Shown piece after piece: positions 31,130 to 40,340 of a stretch of 60,510 nucleotides of DNA. The notes beneath the pieces are model-generated. The model made no database searches. It was not told the origin of the DNA and saw only the letters and a program-made list of their open reading frames with translations. Numbering within the stretch: the stretch's first letter is position 1; every line of letters begins with the position of its first letter. The DNA is from an uncultured Candidatus Saccharibacteria bacterium (GTDB lineage: Bacteria > Patescibacteriota > Minisyncoccia > Phycocordibacterales > SBAW01): contig CAYWFM010000002.1 in the NCBI GenBank assembly GCA_964457915.1, positions 1 to 60,510 on the forward strand, read 5' to 3'. A program made the position numbers and the translations under genes.

Positions 31130-31322
31130 CTAGCGATAAAACCGAGTAGTTTTTACTACTCGGTTTTGCGCTTATGCGGGCAGCGGGAGAAACTGAACTT
31201 CTTCAGTTTCGCCGGGACTTGAAAGCCGGAGCGATGCTGAGCCAGCAGGCGAGGCCGCGAGGCAGGGTCGTGAAAAATTTGCTGCAGCAAATTTATTCCT
31301 GGCCGAGTCCCGTCCGCTGCGC
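31130..31322 (+). mobile_element. tRNA-3'-end-associated conserved non-coding element, copy 2 (ends in a 19-nt duplicate of the tRNA-Asp 3' end)
   Basis: Direct repeats CGAGTCCCGTCCGCTGCGC at 31112-31130 and 31304-31322. The core at 31230-31307 matches 21139-21216. A perfect 20-nt palindrome lies at 31275-31294. Confidence 0.6.
31138..31167 (+). terminator. rho-independent terminator after tRNA-Asp
   Basis: AAAACCGAGTAGT-TTTT-ACTACTCGGTTTT. Confidence 0.75.
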
Positions 31323-31438
31323 CCAGAACCAGAACTGAAATACAGCTGGGTCGAATACGCCCGGTTGTTCCATGTTCAGACGCCTAATCCACACAAGGTA
31401 TGCGGGGGTGGTGTGGGGTGTGTCACAATGGGCTTACT

Positions 31439-31897
31439 ATGATTCGAAAATTTTCACTCATCCAATGGCTCGCGATACTATACGCGGTTCAATTTTTTGT
31501 CGTGGTGAGTGTGGGGCATATCCCGGGATTTATCGATGCTGAGGGTAATTTATTTGGTTTTTATCACGTTAGCTTTCTTATCGATGCTAGCCATTTTATT
31601 TCAGGAGTTGCCGCGCTCGTTGCTGCACTCCATTCGACACGCTGGTCGACATACTACTTTCGTCTTGTAGCGATTCCGTATGGTATCGACTGCATCGTCA
31701 GCTTCCTTTTTAGTAGAGATCTAACCGAAACGGGTAGCATTCTCACGCAGGGGATAGGACCTTCAGACTGGAGCTTTCACAACGGTATTGCGAACTCTCC
31801 GCATATCGTACTCGTTGGTGTTGCGCTTTGGATAGGATATTGGCTCGCACCGAGGATTGGCGTTAAAACCCCGCGCCAACTGTTGCGAAGGCGCTAA
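31439..31897 (+). CDS. small polytopic membrane protein (DUF4383-like)
   Basis: About 152 aa from the ATG at 31439, with four hydrophobic helices. The ORF-track start at 31400 is less likely. Confidence 0.5.
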   Translation: MIRKFSLIQWLAILYAVQFFVVVSVGHIPGFIDAEGNLFGFYHVSFLIDASHFISGVAALVAALHSTRWSTYYFRLVAIPYGIDCIVSFLFSRDLTETGSILTQGIGPSDWSFHNGIANSPHIVLVGVALWIGYWLAPRIGVKTPRQLLRRR

Positions 31898-31921
31898 TTG
31901 CCACAAGGGCAAAGAAATCTC

Positions 31922-33022
31922 ATGATGAGGCGTTTTTTAAAAGTAGGTATATTGGGGGCAGGACTTGTGGGAAGTGTTGTACTTAGTGCGCTGGTGCTCC
32001 CCTATCTGGTTAGTGGTGCTGCGTGTACAACTATCGCTCCTACCGTGCCAGTGTCGACGGAAGTGGCATACGGCATACCTGGTTCAACTCGTCATGAGGC
32101 TGACACCTATCTCACGTTTCCCGAGTGGTATATCGTATATAGCGCTGAAGAGTATGCTCAGTTTATTGCACAGCATCCCCCGCAGCAATTTCCATTTTTG
32201 ACCGCGATAGGGCAATACTGGTGTAGTTATAAAAGTATGTACGCGGTGGTCGATAAAGCTGGGTATGCGCACGAGCCGGGCCAGCGGATACTCCTGCTCA
32301 CCATTGGAGCCAGTTTTTCTTTTGAATATGAAATCCGATGGTTGTACGAAAACACGATAGGTCGTATTACCAGCGCTCTTGCGGGTGGCGAACAAACCGA
32401 AGAAGATCTCTATGGTCAAAGAGTTGAACAAACGTATGCAGATTTTCTGTATGAAACACCTTGGTATGCGTTTCCCTATGGACAGAAATTTACTGCTCTT
32501 TGGAAAGAGGTGCCGCTGTGGGGGAAGCATCCTATACGAAAATGGGAGCGTCGCGTTGCTTTGAGTTTTGGATATCTTAGCAAGGGTGCATATGCGTGGG
32601 TGATTGGGAAGGTAACTGGCGCTGCGTATGCACCAGCAGAACTTGTTATATATATGCGCACCAGACCTCTGCCACCAGGATTTCATGATGAGAGAGTTGA
32701 GGTGGTGCAGGTTGCTCACGATGGTTCGCTTTTGCTGCGGGTTCCGCGGTACGGTCAGTTTACCGACATCATGCTGAAGCTTGCCGCTCTAAAGGTGCAA
32801 AGTATCGATATTGCAGGGAATGCACAGATAGTACTCACGGTGCTTGCTCCTCAAGGGGCACAGGTTTCTTTCCCAAATACGACAGAAATATTCTCGATGC
32901 CTGTCGCTATAGAGAGAGAACGACGGCGCGTGGCGCTCAGTGTGCCAGTGTTGCAGTTACATGAAATTATACGAAAGCTTCAAAGTGAGCAGGTTGAAAT
33001 TGAGCACGTGTATGATTATTAA
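31922..33022 (+). CDS. hypothetical membrane-anchored protein
   Basis: An N-terminal TM helix (VGILGAGLVGSVVLSALVLPYLV) followed by a roughly 330-aa domain I do not recognise. The ATG at 31922 is preferred to the TTG at 31898. Confidence 0.5.
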   Translation: MMRRFLKVGILGAGLVGSVVLSALVLPYLVSGAACTTIAPTVPVSTEVAYGIPGSTRHEADTYLTFPEWYIVYSAEEYAQFIAQHPPQQFPFLTAIGQYWCSYKSMYAVVDKAGYAHEPGQRILLLTIGASFSFEYEIRWLYENTIGRITSALAGGEQTEEDLYGQRVEQTYADFLYETPWYAFPYGQKFTALWKEVPLWGKHPIRKWERRVALSFGYLSKGAYAWVIGKVTGAAYAPAELVIYMRTRPLPPGFHDERVEVVQVAHDGSLLLRVPRYGQFTDIMLKLAALKVQSIDIAGNAQIVLTVLAPQGAQVSFPNTTEIFSMPVAIERERRRVALSVPVLQLHEIIRKLQSEQVEIEHVYDY

Positions 33023-33034
33023 CGAACAGAGTAT

Positions 33035-34645
33035 ATGAAACAAAAGAAGTCGAGTCTGTGGGCACGTAAGTCGCTGTGGGTGGGCACTTTTCTTTTTGTT
33101 GTTTTTGCTGTTGCTCTCAAGCAGGCACTATATCTCTCAGAAGGTCCTGAGAAAGAAAAGGACTGTGGCCCCAATTCGATTGCTGATACCGAGCCGATGG
33201 TAGCTGGTAGCAAAGAAAACTACCCGCCCTCACTTCCTTGGGAGCAGCGCGGCGGCACCATTAATGATGCGAGCTGTCTTGATAGAACCGCGGTATATGG
33301 AATCGTACGCATCAGCTCACAGAAGGATGTGCACGACGCTTTAGTATTCGCCAAAGCGCATGATCTCAAAGTAGCAACTGCCGGCGTGCGACATAGTATG
33401 GGTGGGCAAGCGTTTGCTCGTGGGGCGCTCGTGCTTGATATGCGGGGGTTCGCGGCACTTTCACTCGACACAGACGCCAACACTATTACCGTACAGAGCG
33501 GCGCAACGTGGCATGATATCCAAAACTACTTGCATCCAACCTATGCGGTGAAGGCGATGCAATCGACTGATATTTTTACGGTCGGGGGCTCTATTTCAGT
33601 AAATGCTCATGGGATGGATCACACCGCAGGGTCAGTTGGGGACACGGTGCTCTCGATGCGCATCATGCACCCCGATGGAAGTATTGAGACGATAAGTCGC
33701 ACACAAAATCCAGAACTTTTTAACTTAGTTGTTGGTGGGTATGGTCTCTTTGGGGTCATTCTTGATGCGACGCTGCGCATCACTGTGAACGATATCTATA
33801 CTTCGCAGCGACGGATTATTGGGTACCAGGAGTTCCCCCAAGTGTTTCAAGATGAAATTATGCCCGATCAAAACCTCGGACTTTTTTATGGGCACCTTTC
33901 AACGGCGCCCGGCTCGTTGCTTCAGGAAATGATTTTATACACCTACACCAAAACAGATCAGGGAGAGGGTGCCGTGATACAACCCCTGGCAGACGTGAGT
34001 GCTATCCCATTGCGGCGCTTCATGATCAACTTTTCTAAAACAGGCACGATTCCTATGAACATTAAATGGTGGAGCGAAAAATACATCGAACCCAAGCTCG
34101 AGACGTGCACCGTTAAACCGCGCACACAAGCGATGGGTGAGGGAGAAGCATGCTTCGTATCGCGCAATGAACCAATGCACGACTCGGTGCCCTATCTAAA
34201 AAATGCTATGCGAAATGACACTGATATTTTGCATGAGTATTTTATCCCCCGTGATCAATTTGTCTCATTTGTTGACTCCCTGCGAAATATAAGTAAAGCC
34301 GATGGAGCCAATCTACTTAATGCCTCTGTGCGCATTGTCCATAAGGAAGATACCTACCTCACGTATGCACCAGAAGACATGTTTGCTATTGTCTTGTACT
34401 TCAACCAGAAAACAGATGCGCGGTCTAGTGAGCGCATGGCAACCCTGACGCGTGATCTTATTGATGCCGCGATAGCACACGGAGGAACCTTTTTCTTACC
34501 GTACCAACTCTCGTATACCAAAGAGCAGCTGCGCGCAGCCTATCCGAATATAGACCAATTCTTTGCAGCAAAAGAAACATACGATCCCGAACATATTTTT
34601 ACCAATACGTTCTACGAAAAATACGCAGAGGCCCCTAAAAGGTAG
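33035..34645 (+). CDS. FAD-binding (PCMH/FAD_binding_4-type) oxidoreductase, membrane anchored
   Basis: 536 aa with an N-terminal TM helix and an FAD-linked oxidase pattern (VATAGVRHSMGGQAF; GGYGLFGVILDATLR). Confidence 0.7.
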   Translation: MKQKKSSLWARKSLWVGTFLFVVFAVALKQALYLSEGPEKEKDCGPNSIADTEPMVAGSKENYPPSLPWEQRGGTINDASCLDRTAVYGIVRISSQKDVHDALVFAKAHDLKVATAGVRHSMGGQAFARGALVLDMRGFAALSLDTDANTITVQSGATWHDIQNYLHPTYAVKAMQSTDIFTVGGSISVNAHGMDHTAGSVGDTVLSMRIMHPDGSIETISRTQNPELFNLVVGGYGLFGVILDATLRITVNDIYTSQRRIIGYQEFPQVFQDEIMPDQNLGLFYGHLSTAPGSLLQEMILYTYTKTDQGEGAVIQPLADVSAIPLRRFMINFSKTGTIPMNIKWWSEKYIEPKLETCTVKPRTQAMGEGEACFVSRNEPMHDSVPYLKNAMRNDTDILHEYFIPRDQFVSFVDSLRNISKADGANLLNASVRIVHKEDTYLTYAPEDMFAIVLYFNQKTDARSSERMATLTRDLIDAAIAHGGTFFLPYQLSYTKEQLRAAYPNIDQFFAAKETYDPEHIFTNTFYEKYAEAPKR

Positions 34646-34698
34646 GCCGGGCGGCCCTGACTCCAAATTTAGGCCAAAATGTCGTATACTCCTTATAT

Positions 34699-36315
34699 AT
34701 GCAAAGAAGCGCTCGGAAACTCTGGCTCCTCGTAGGGGGGCACCCTTGGTATGTTGGTGGTATTGCCCTTATTCTCGTTGGCTCGCTTATCGGGAGCCGT
34801 TTTATCTTTGGTGCCAAGACTCCCGACGCGGCTACTGACAGCAATATTGCCCATGTAACGGTTGCCACTGTTGGGGATCTTGCCCAGCAAACAGGCCCTT
34901 TGGCAGTGGTGGGTACCGTAACTTCACTCGATCAGGCGACCATCCTGGCCCAGTCAGCGGGGGAGGTAACGAGCTTGCGCCGCTCTATTGGTGATCGAGT
35001 GGTGGCGGGTGAAATTATCGGATCGTTTGAGAATAGCTCGCAGCGAGCGGCGGTGACCCAGGCCGAGGGTGCGTATGAATCAGCGCAAGCAGCGCTCGCC
35101 AAAGCACAAGGCACGACCGCGGCAAACAGCGGGCTCTCCTCGTCACAGGCACAATCTTCGGCACAAAATAGTGCGGTAGCGCTCGCCACCGCACTAAACA
35201 GTACGTATGCAGCGCTTGATGATGCGGTACACACCAAAGCTGATGCACTATTTGTAAATCCACGCTCGAGCACCCCGACCCTTATAGGAGTACTCATACC
35301 CAATAGTCGGCTGGCAAATGCACTTCAAGCGGAGCGAATTTCTGTTGAAGCAGTACTGGGTAAGGCCTCGTCAGCTGCGAATAACACGAGCAATCTTGGT
35401 GCTAGTACGCAGACTCTTTTGGAGTCTGCAAAAGAGACACAGGTGTTTCTTGGCGATCTTATTACCGCGTTTACTATCGCAATTCCAGACAGCAACTATA
35501 CCGCCACTACTATTGGAGGGTATCAGACATCGCTCGCCCAAGCACGAAGCGAAGTGAATAGTGCTATCTCAGCACTCACGACCGCAAAGAATGCGTATGA
35601 TGCTGCAGTCAGTGGGGCACAAAGTGCTTCAAACACTGCAAACGGTGGTACACAGAACGATATTGCTGCGGCACAAGCGTCGCTTAAAACAGCACTCGGC
35701 TCACTCAATGCCGCTAAAGCGGTGCTCGAGAAGACCATCATCCGCAGCCCTATTACGGGCACTATTGTGAGTCTTCCGATTACGCGCGGTGGATACGTCT
35801 CTTCATTTTCGCAAGTAGCGGTCGTATCAAATCCTGGGGCGCTCTATGTTGAGTTGCAGGTGACCCAAGACGAAGCACGAACACTCGCTGTTGGTAACAA
35901 GACAACGGTTAATGGTGCACTCTCGGGCATTATTACGTTTGTTGCACCAGCACTTGACCCGACAACGGGTAAAATTCAAGTGAAGGTTGGTCTCACTGGA
36001 GACACGAGCACTCTTGCTGCTGGTCAGGCGGTGACACTCTCGTTGAGCCGTTCGGTAAATGCAGCTACACAGAAAACGCTAAAACAGATCACTATTCCCA
36101 TTGTTGCAGCAAAGATTTTACCCACCGGCCCGGTGGTGTTCACGATGAGCGCTAGCTCCACCTTGGTTGCTCAGCCGGTGGTGTTGGGTGCAATTTTGGG
36201 TGATCAGGTGGTTGTTACTTCTAGTTTGCCGCTTGATCTTCCTATTGTCGCTGATGCGCGAGGGCTGTCAGCAGGACAAACCGTCGTAGTCGAGACCGCG
36301 ACTACCACACGCTAA
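34699..36315 (+). CDS. efflux pump periplasmic-adaptor (HlyD/MFP family) protein
   Basis: 538 aa with an N-terminal TM helix, long Ala/Ser/Gln-rich coiled coils and a beta-barrel part (IRSPITGTIVSLPITRGGYV). It lies directly upstream of the RND pump gene. Confidence 0.75.
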   Translation: MQRSARKLWLLVGGHPWYVGGIALILVGSLIGSRFIFGAKTPDAATDSNIAHVTVATVGDLAQQTGPLAVVGTVTSLDQATILAQSAGEVTSLRRSIGDRVVAGEIIGSFENSSQRAAVTQAEGAYESAQAALAKAQGTTAANSGLSSSQAQSSAQNSAVALATALNSTYAALDDAVHTKADALFVNPRSSTPTLIGVLIPNSRLANALQAERISVEAVLGKASSAANNTSNLGASTQTLLESAKETQVFLGDLITAFTIAIPDSNYTATTIGGYQTSLAQARSEVNSAISALTTAKNAYDAAVSGAQSASNTANGGTQNDIAAAQASLKTALGSLNAAKAVLEKTIIRSPITGTIVSLPITRGGYVSSFSQVAVVSNPGALYVELQVTQDEARTLAVGNKTTVNGALSGIITFVAPALDPTTGKIQVKVGLTGDTSTLAAGQAVTLSLSRSVNAATQKTLKQITIPIVAAKILPTGPVVFTMSASSTLVAQPVVLGAILGDQVVVTSSLPLDLPIVADARGLSAGQTVVVETATTTR

Positions 36316-36318
36316 ATT

Positions 36319-39300
36319 ATGTTGTGGCTTTGGAATTTTTTTCTTGAAAAAAGACAGTTCAGCTATGTACTACTAACGGTATTACTAGCCGCTGGGCTTT
36401 TTGCGCTCGTGCAGATTCCAAAAGAAAATTACCCACAGATCACCATACCGGTGGGGTTTGTGATTGTGACTCTACCCGGAGCCTCTGCTGCCGACATGGA
36501 GACCTTGGTGACTGATAAACTCGAAAATCAAATTTCGGGCATCAATAATATTGACACGATGACCTCGATGTCGGGCGACGGCGTCGCTGAAGTCTCGGTG
36601 CAGTTTGTGGCGAGTGCTGATATTAACCAATCGATTCAAGATTTGCGTGACGCGGTATCCAAAGCGGTGCCCGAGTTGCCCTCAGATGCCTCTGCGCCAC
36701 AGGTAGTTAAGGTGAATTTTAATGACATGCCAATTTTGGTCGCCTCTATTTCGGGTGATCTTCCACCAACCGAGTTTGCGGCACTGGGCACTGCGCTTAA
36801 AAACGAACTAACGAACATTAACGGAGTTTCAAAAGTTGATGTGGCGGGTGTGCCGCCACGCGAGGTTGATGTGGTGGTTCGCCAAGCAGCACTTTCGCAG
36901 TATGGTCTCACCTTGCCGGGCATTATTGCTGCTATTGGCCAGGCGAATGCATCTCTGCCCGCGGGGAGTATTACCATGCAGGGGGTTAACTATGATGTGA
37001 ATTTTAAGGGCGGTATTACGGATCCTGCAGAGATCGCCCATATTGCGGTGGGCCAAAAGAACGGGACACCTATTTATTTGCGTGATGTGGCGCTTATTTC
37101 AAATGGGTTGGCGCCGGAGACCACGTATTCGCGATTGTCGCTTAACGGCAAACCTTCTCAACAAGCTATTACCCTCACGGTGTACAAACAGTCGAGCGCG
37201 GGTATCCAGGCGACTGCGCAGGCGGTGCACACAAAACTCATCAGCCTCCAGGCGACGTCACTGCAGGGTCTGGAACTTTTTATCCCACCAACAACCGACG
37301 CAGGCACACAGGTGAGTCAGCAGTTGGGCGATCTAACCGAGACAGGAGTGATAACAGTGCTCTTGGTTATGGCGGTATTATTTTTGACCATTGGTTGGCG
37401 TGAGTCTATTGTTGCGGCGCTTTCTATCCCGATCTCATTCTTCATCGCATTTCTCGCGCTGTTCCTCACCGGCAATAGTCTTAACTTTATTTCACTCTTC
37501 GCACTTATTCTTGCAGTTGGAATTTTGGTCGACTCGGGCATTGTGGTGACTGAGGCAATCCATGCACGCATGCGCACCCACAAGACGCCACTAGACGCCG
37601 CGCGCGCAGCGCTCCATGACTACGCGTGGCCCCTCATTGCAGGGACAATGACGACAGTTGCGGTGTTTGCGCCACTCTTCTTTATACGGGGCATCGTCGG
37701 GAAGTTTATTGCCGGTATCCCGTATACGCTTATCTTTGTGCTCATGGCGAGTATTTTTGTTGCACTCGGTATTGTGCCGCTCATCGCTCTGCTGATGACC
37801 GCAGGTAAACAAAACAAACTAGAGGCGGCACAGGAGAAATACACCGAGCGTTTTACTGAGTGGTATAAAGAGAAATTACGCAGCATGCTTGAGAACGCTC
37901 GGTGGCAGCGTCTCTTTTTGCGAGCGCTCGCAGTACTCTTTGTGCTCTCGCTCGCCCTCCCATTTACCGGGGTGGTGAAGTCAGTGTTCTTCCCCCAATC
38001 AGATGAGGACTTTGTGTTTATAAACATTAAAAAACCTGAGGGTACCACCCTCGCGCATACTGACCTTACGGTGCGTGCGGTTGAAGAGATCTTATATGCG
38101 GACCCGGATATTGAGTCTTTTCAAACAACCGTGGGCGCGAGCTCGGCACTCTCGGGAGGCGGTGCATCAGACCCAAATGGGGCACGAAGTAGTAATGCTG
38201 CAAATATCACCGTCAATCTTCCTAAGGGACACGCCCGCAGCAGCACCGAGGTCCAAGAAGATTTAGCGAAGCGACTTTCGAGTATCACCGATGCGCAGAT
38301 ACAGGTGCTACAGTCATCACAGGGACCATCCTCGGGGGCGCCGATAGTTATTCGGTTTGATGGTGACAATCTTGATGACTTGGTGACCGCAGCAGAGAGG
38401 GGTAAGGAGCTCCTGAGCACCATTCCACATGTAACCAACATTGCAGCATCAACCGAAAATAACGGTACGGCGTTTGACCTCTCTATCGACCGTGCAAAAG
38501 CAGCACAGCTTGGCATCAACACACAGCAGGTAGCGCAGACACTGCGCGCAGCGGTTACCGGCATACAGGCGACAAGTATTAGCCAACCAACGCAAGATAT
38601 TAAGGTGGTGGTGAAATTAGATCTCAATCAAGCCTTTACCACACCAGCCACCTCAAACGAAACCACCATCGAGGCGATCAAACAAATTACCGTGCAGGGG
38701 AGCACAGGACCTGTGCTTCTCGGCTCGCTCGTGAGTGACTCGTTAGGGCTCAGTAATGCGGCTATTACGCACTACAACAAGGTACGTGAAGAAACCGTAA
38801 CCGCCTACCCCGACTCACAGACGACAGCAACGGAGGTGACGAAAGAGTTTCAAAAGCGTATTGGAGAGTTGCAGCTCTCCCCGGGGGTGGTGGTTGCATA
38901 TGGGGGAGAAACCGAAGACGTGAATCAATCGTTTACCGATATGTTCGTGTCGCTTATCGCGGGTCTCCTTCTTATGTTTATGATTCTTATCATCTCGTTT
39001 AATTCAATTCGCTACACCCTCTATCTTCTTTTGATTGTGCCGCTTTCACTCATTGGCGTTTTGGATGGTTTGGCGCTCACCGGACAGCCAGTATCGTTTT
39101 CGTCGCTGTTGGGTGTTATTGCGCTTGGTGGCGTCATCATTAACCACGCCATTATCCTTATGGATTCAATGGTTCACCGCCACAATGCCGAGGCAGATAG
39201 GCCGCTTATTGATGTGGTGGTTGATGCTGCAGCGACCCGACTGCGCCCTATTGTACTCACTACTATTGCAACCGTTATCGGCATGGTGCCACTCTCGTTT

Positions 39301-39438
39301 ACTAATGCGATGTGGGGGCCGCTCGCGTTTGCTATTATGTTTGGTCTTTCGTTTGCGATTGTACTAACGCTCGTCTTGGTCCCCGTACTCTTTTATCGCC
39401 ACAATATGAAGCTTCAAGCACGCAAGCACTCCGCATAA
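36319..39438 (+). CDS. RND-family efflux transporter (AcrB/AcrD/AcrF family)
   Basis: 1039 aa with a 12-TM RND architecture and two large extracytoplasmic loops. Confidence 0.9.
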   Translation: MLWLWNFFLEKRQFSYVLLTVLLAAGLFALVQIPKENYPQITIPVGFVIVTLPGASAADMETLVTDKLENQISGINNIDTMTSMSGDGVAEVSVQFVASADINQSIQDLRDAVSKAVPELPSDASAPQVVKVNFNDMPILVASISGDLPPTEFAALGTALKNELTNINGVSKVDVAGVPPREVDVVVRQAALSQYGLTLPGIIAAIGQANASLPAGSITMQGVNYDVNFKGGITDPAEIAHIAVGQKNGTPIYLRDVALISNGLAPETTYSRLSLNGKPSQQAITLTVYKQSSAGIQATAQAVHTKLISLQATSLQGLELFIPPTTDAGTQVSQQLGDLTETGVITVLLVMAVLFLTIGWRESIVAALSIPISFFIAFLALFLTGNSLNFISLFALILAVGILVDSGIVVTEAIHARMRTHKTPLDAARAALHDYAWPLIAGTMTTVAVFAPLFFIRGIVGKFIAGIPYTLIFVLMASIFVALGIVPLIALLMTAGKQNKLEAAQEKYTERFTEWYKEKLRSMLENARWQRLFLRALAVLFVLSLALPFTGVVKSVFFPQSDEDFVFINIKKPEGTTLAHTDLTVRAVEEILYADPDIESFQTTVGASSALSGGGASDPNGARSSNAANITVNLPKGHARSSTEVQEDLAKRLSSITDAQIQVLQSSQGPSSGAPIVIRFDGDNLDDLVTAAERGKELLSTIPHVTNIAASTENNGTAFDLSIDRAKAAQLGINTQQVAQTLRAAVTGIQATSISQPTQDIKVVVKLDLNQAFTTPATSNETTIEAIKQITVQGSTGPVLLGSLVSDSLGLSNAAITHYNKVREETVTAYPDSQTTATEVTKEFQKRIGELQLSPGVVVAYGGETEDVNQSFTDMFVSLIAGLLLMFMILIISFNSIRYTLYLLLIVPLSLIGVLDGLALTGQPVSFSSLLGVIALGGVIINHAIILMDSMVHRHNAEADRPLIDVVVDAAATRLRPIVLTTIATVIGMVPLSFTNAMWGPLAFAIMFGLSFAIVLTLVLVPVLFYRHNMKLQARKHSA

Positions 39439-39483
39439 AAACGATGCTACACTACAGGTATTACTGGTTGTTGTGTTTGTAGT

Positions 39484-39687
39484 ATGAACACCATCATAAA
39501 AACAATTATTGGGTTACTGGTGCTGGCACTATTGGGTGCGGGGGTGTGGTGGTATTTGCGGATGCATGCACCTTTGGGACAAATGGGGCAAGGGCAAAAG
39601 GCTACTGCTGCGGGGCCGGATGCTCCTATTGTGTATCCACCAGGCGTGGGTACGAGTCAGCTTCCTGACCCGAGCACGGTCCACTAA
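39484..39687 (+). CDS. small membrane-anchored protein
   Basis: 67 aa with a single TM helix (IIGLLVLALLGAGVWWYL). Confidence 0.35.
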   Translation: MNTIIKTIIGLLVLALLGAGVWWYLRMHAPLGQMGQGQKATAAGPDAPIVYPPGVGTSQLPDPSTVH

Positions 39688-39711
39688 CACCACCCTGATT
39701 TCTTTAGAAGG

Positions 39712-40269
39712 ATGGAGTATAGTACACCCATGCATACACATCCAGACAGAGTGCCCTCAGTGGTATTCAAAACTCGTGTGCGCGATGAGTCGCTTGAGGG
39801 TGAAAATCCCTACCGCTGGCAAGATCGTACAACAGACGATATTTTTGCAGGTAAACGTATTGTGTTGTTTGGTTTGCCGGGCGCCTTCACTCCAACCTGC
39901 TCCTCGACTCATCTACCAGGGTACGAGGCACAGTACGAGGCGTTTAATCAGGCGGGCGTTGACGACGTGATATGTCTCTCCGTGAATGATGCGTTCACGA
40001 TGTTTCAGTGGGGGAAGCAGTTAGGTATCAAACAGGTACACCTTTTACCTGATGGTAATGGTGATTTTACACGGGGTATGGGTATGTTGGTGAAGAAAGA
40101 AAATCTTGGATTTGGTGAGCGTTCTTGGCGCTATAGTATGTATGTTGAAGACAGAGTCATTAAAAAACTCTTTATTGAACCGGGGTTTATGGACAATTGT
40201 CCAGATGATCCGTTTGATGTCTCTGGCGCTGAGGTGATGTTAACCTTTCTGCAGGGCCGCGGTGCCTAG
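39712..40269 (+). CDS. peroxiredoxin (Prx5/PrxD-type, AhpC/TSA family)
   Basis: Motif GKRIVLFGLPGAFTPTCSSTHLPGY, with the peroxidatic Cys in the PGAFTPTC context. An alternative ATG exists at 39730. Confidence 0.85.
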   Translation: MEYSTPMHTHPDRVPSVVFKTRVRDESLEGENPYRWQDRTTDDIFAGKRIVLFGLPGAFTPTCSSTHLPGYEAQYEAFNQAGVDDVICLSVNDAFTMFQWGKQLGIKQVHLLPDGNGDFTRGMGMLVKKENLGFGERSWRYSMYVEDRVIKKLFIEPGFMDNCPDDPFDVSGAEVMLTFLQGRGA

Positions 40270-40340
40270 TTGTGGACAGCTGAGTGTACAGTGCATACAA
40301 AAAACGGTACTGTAAAGGTGTTACTCATTCATCATTCTAT

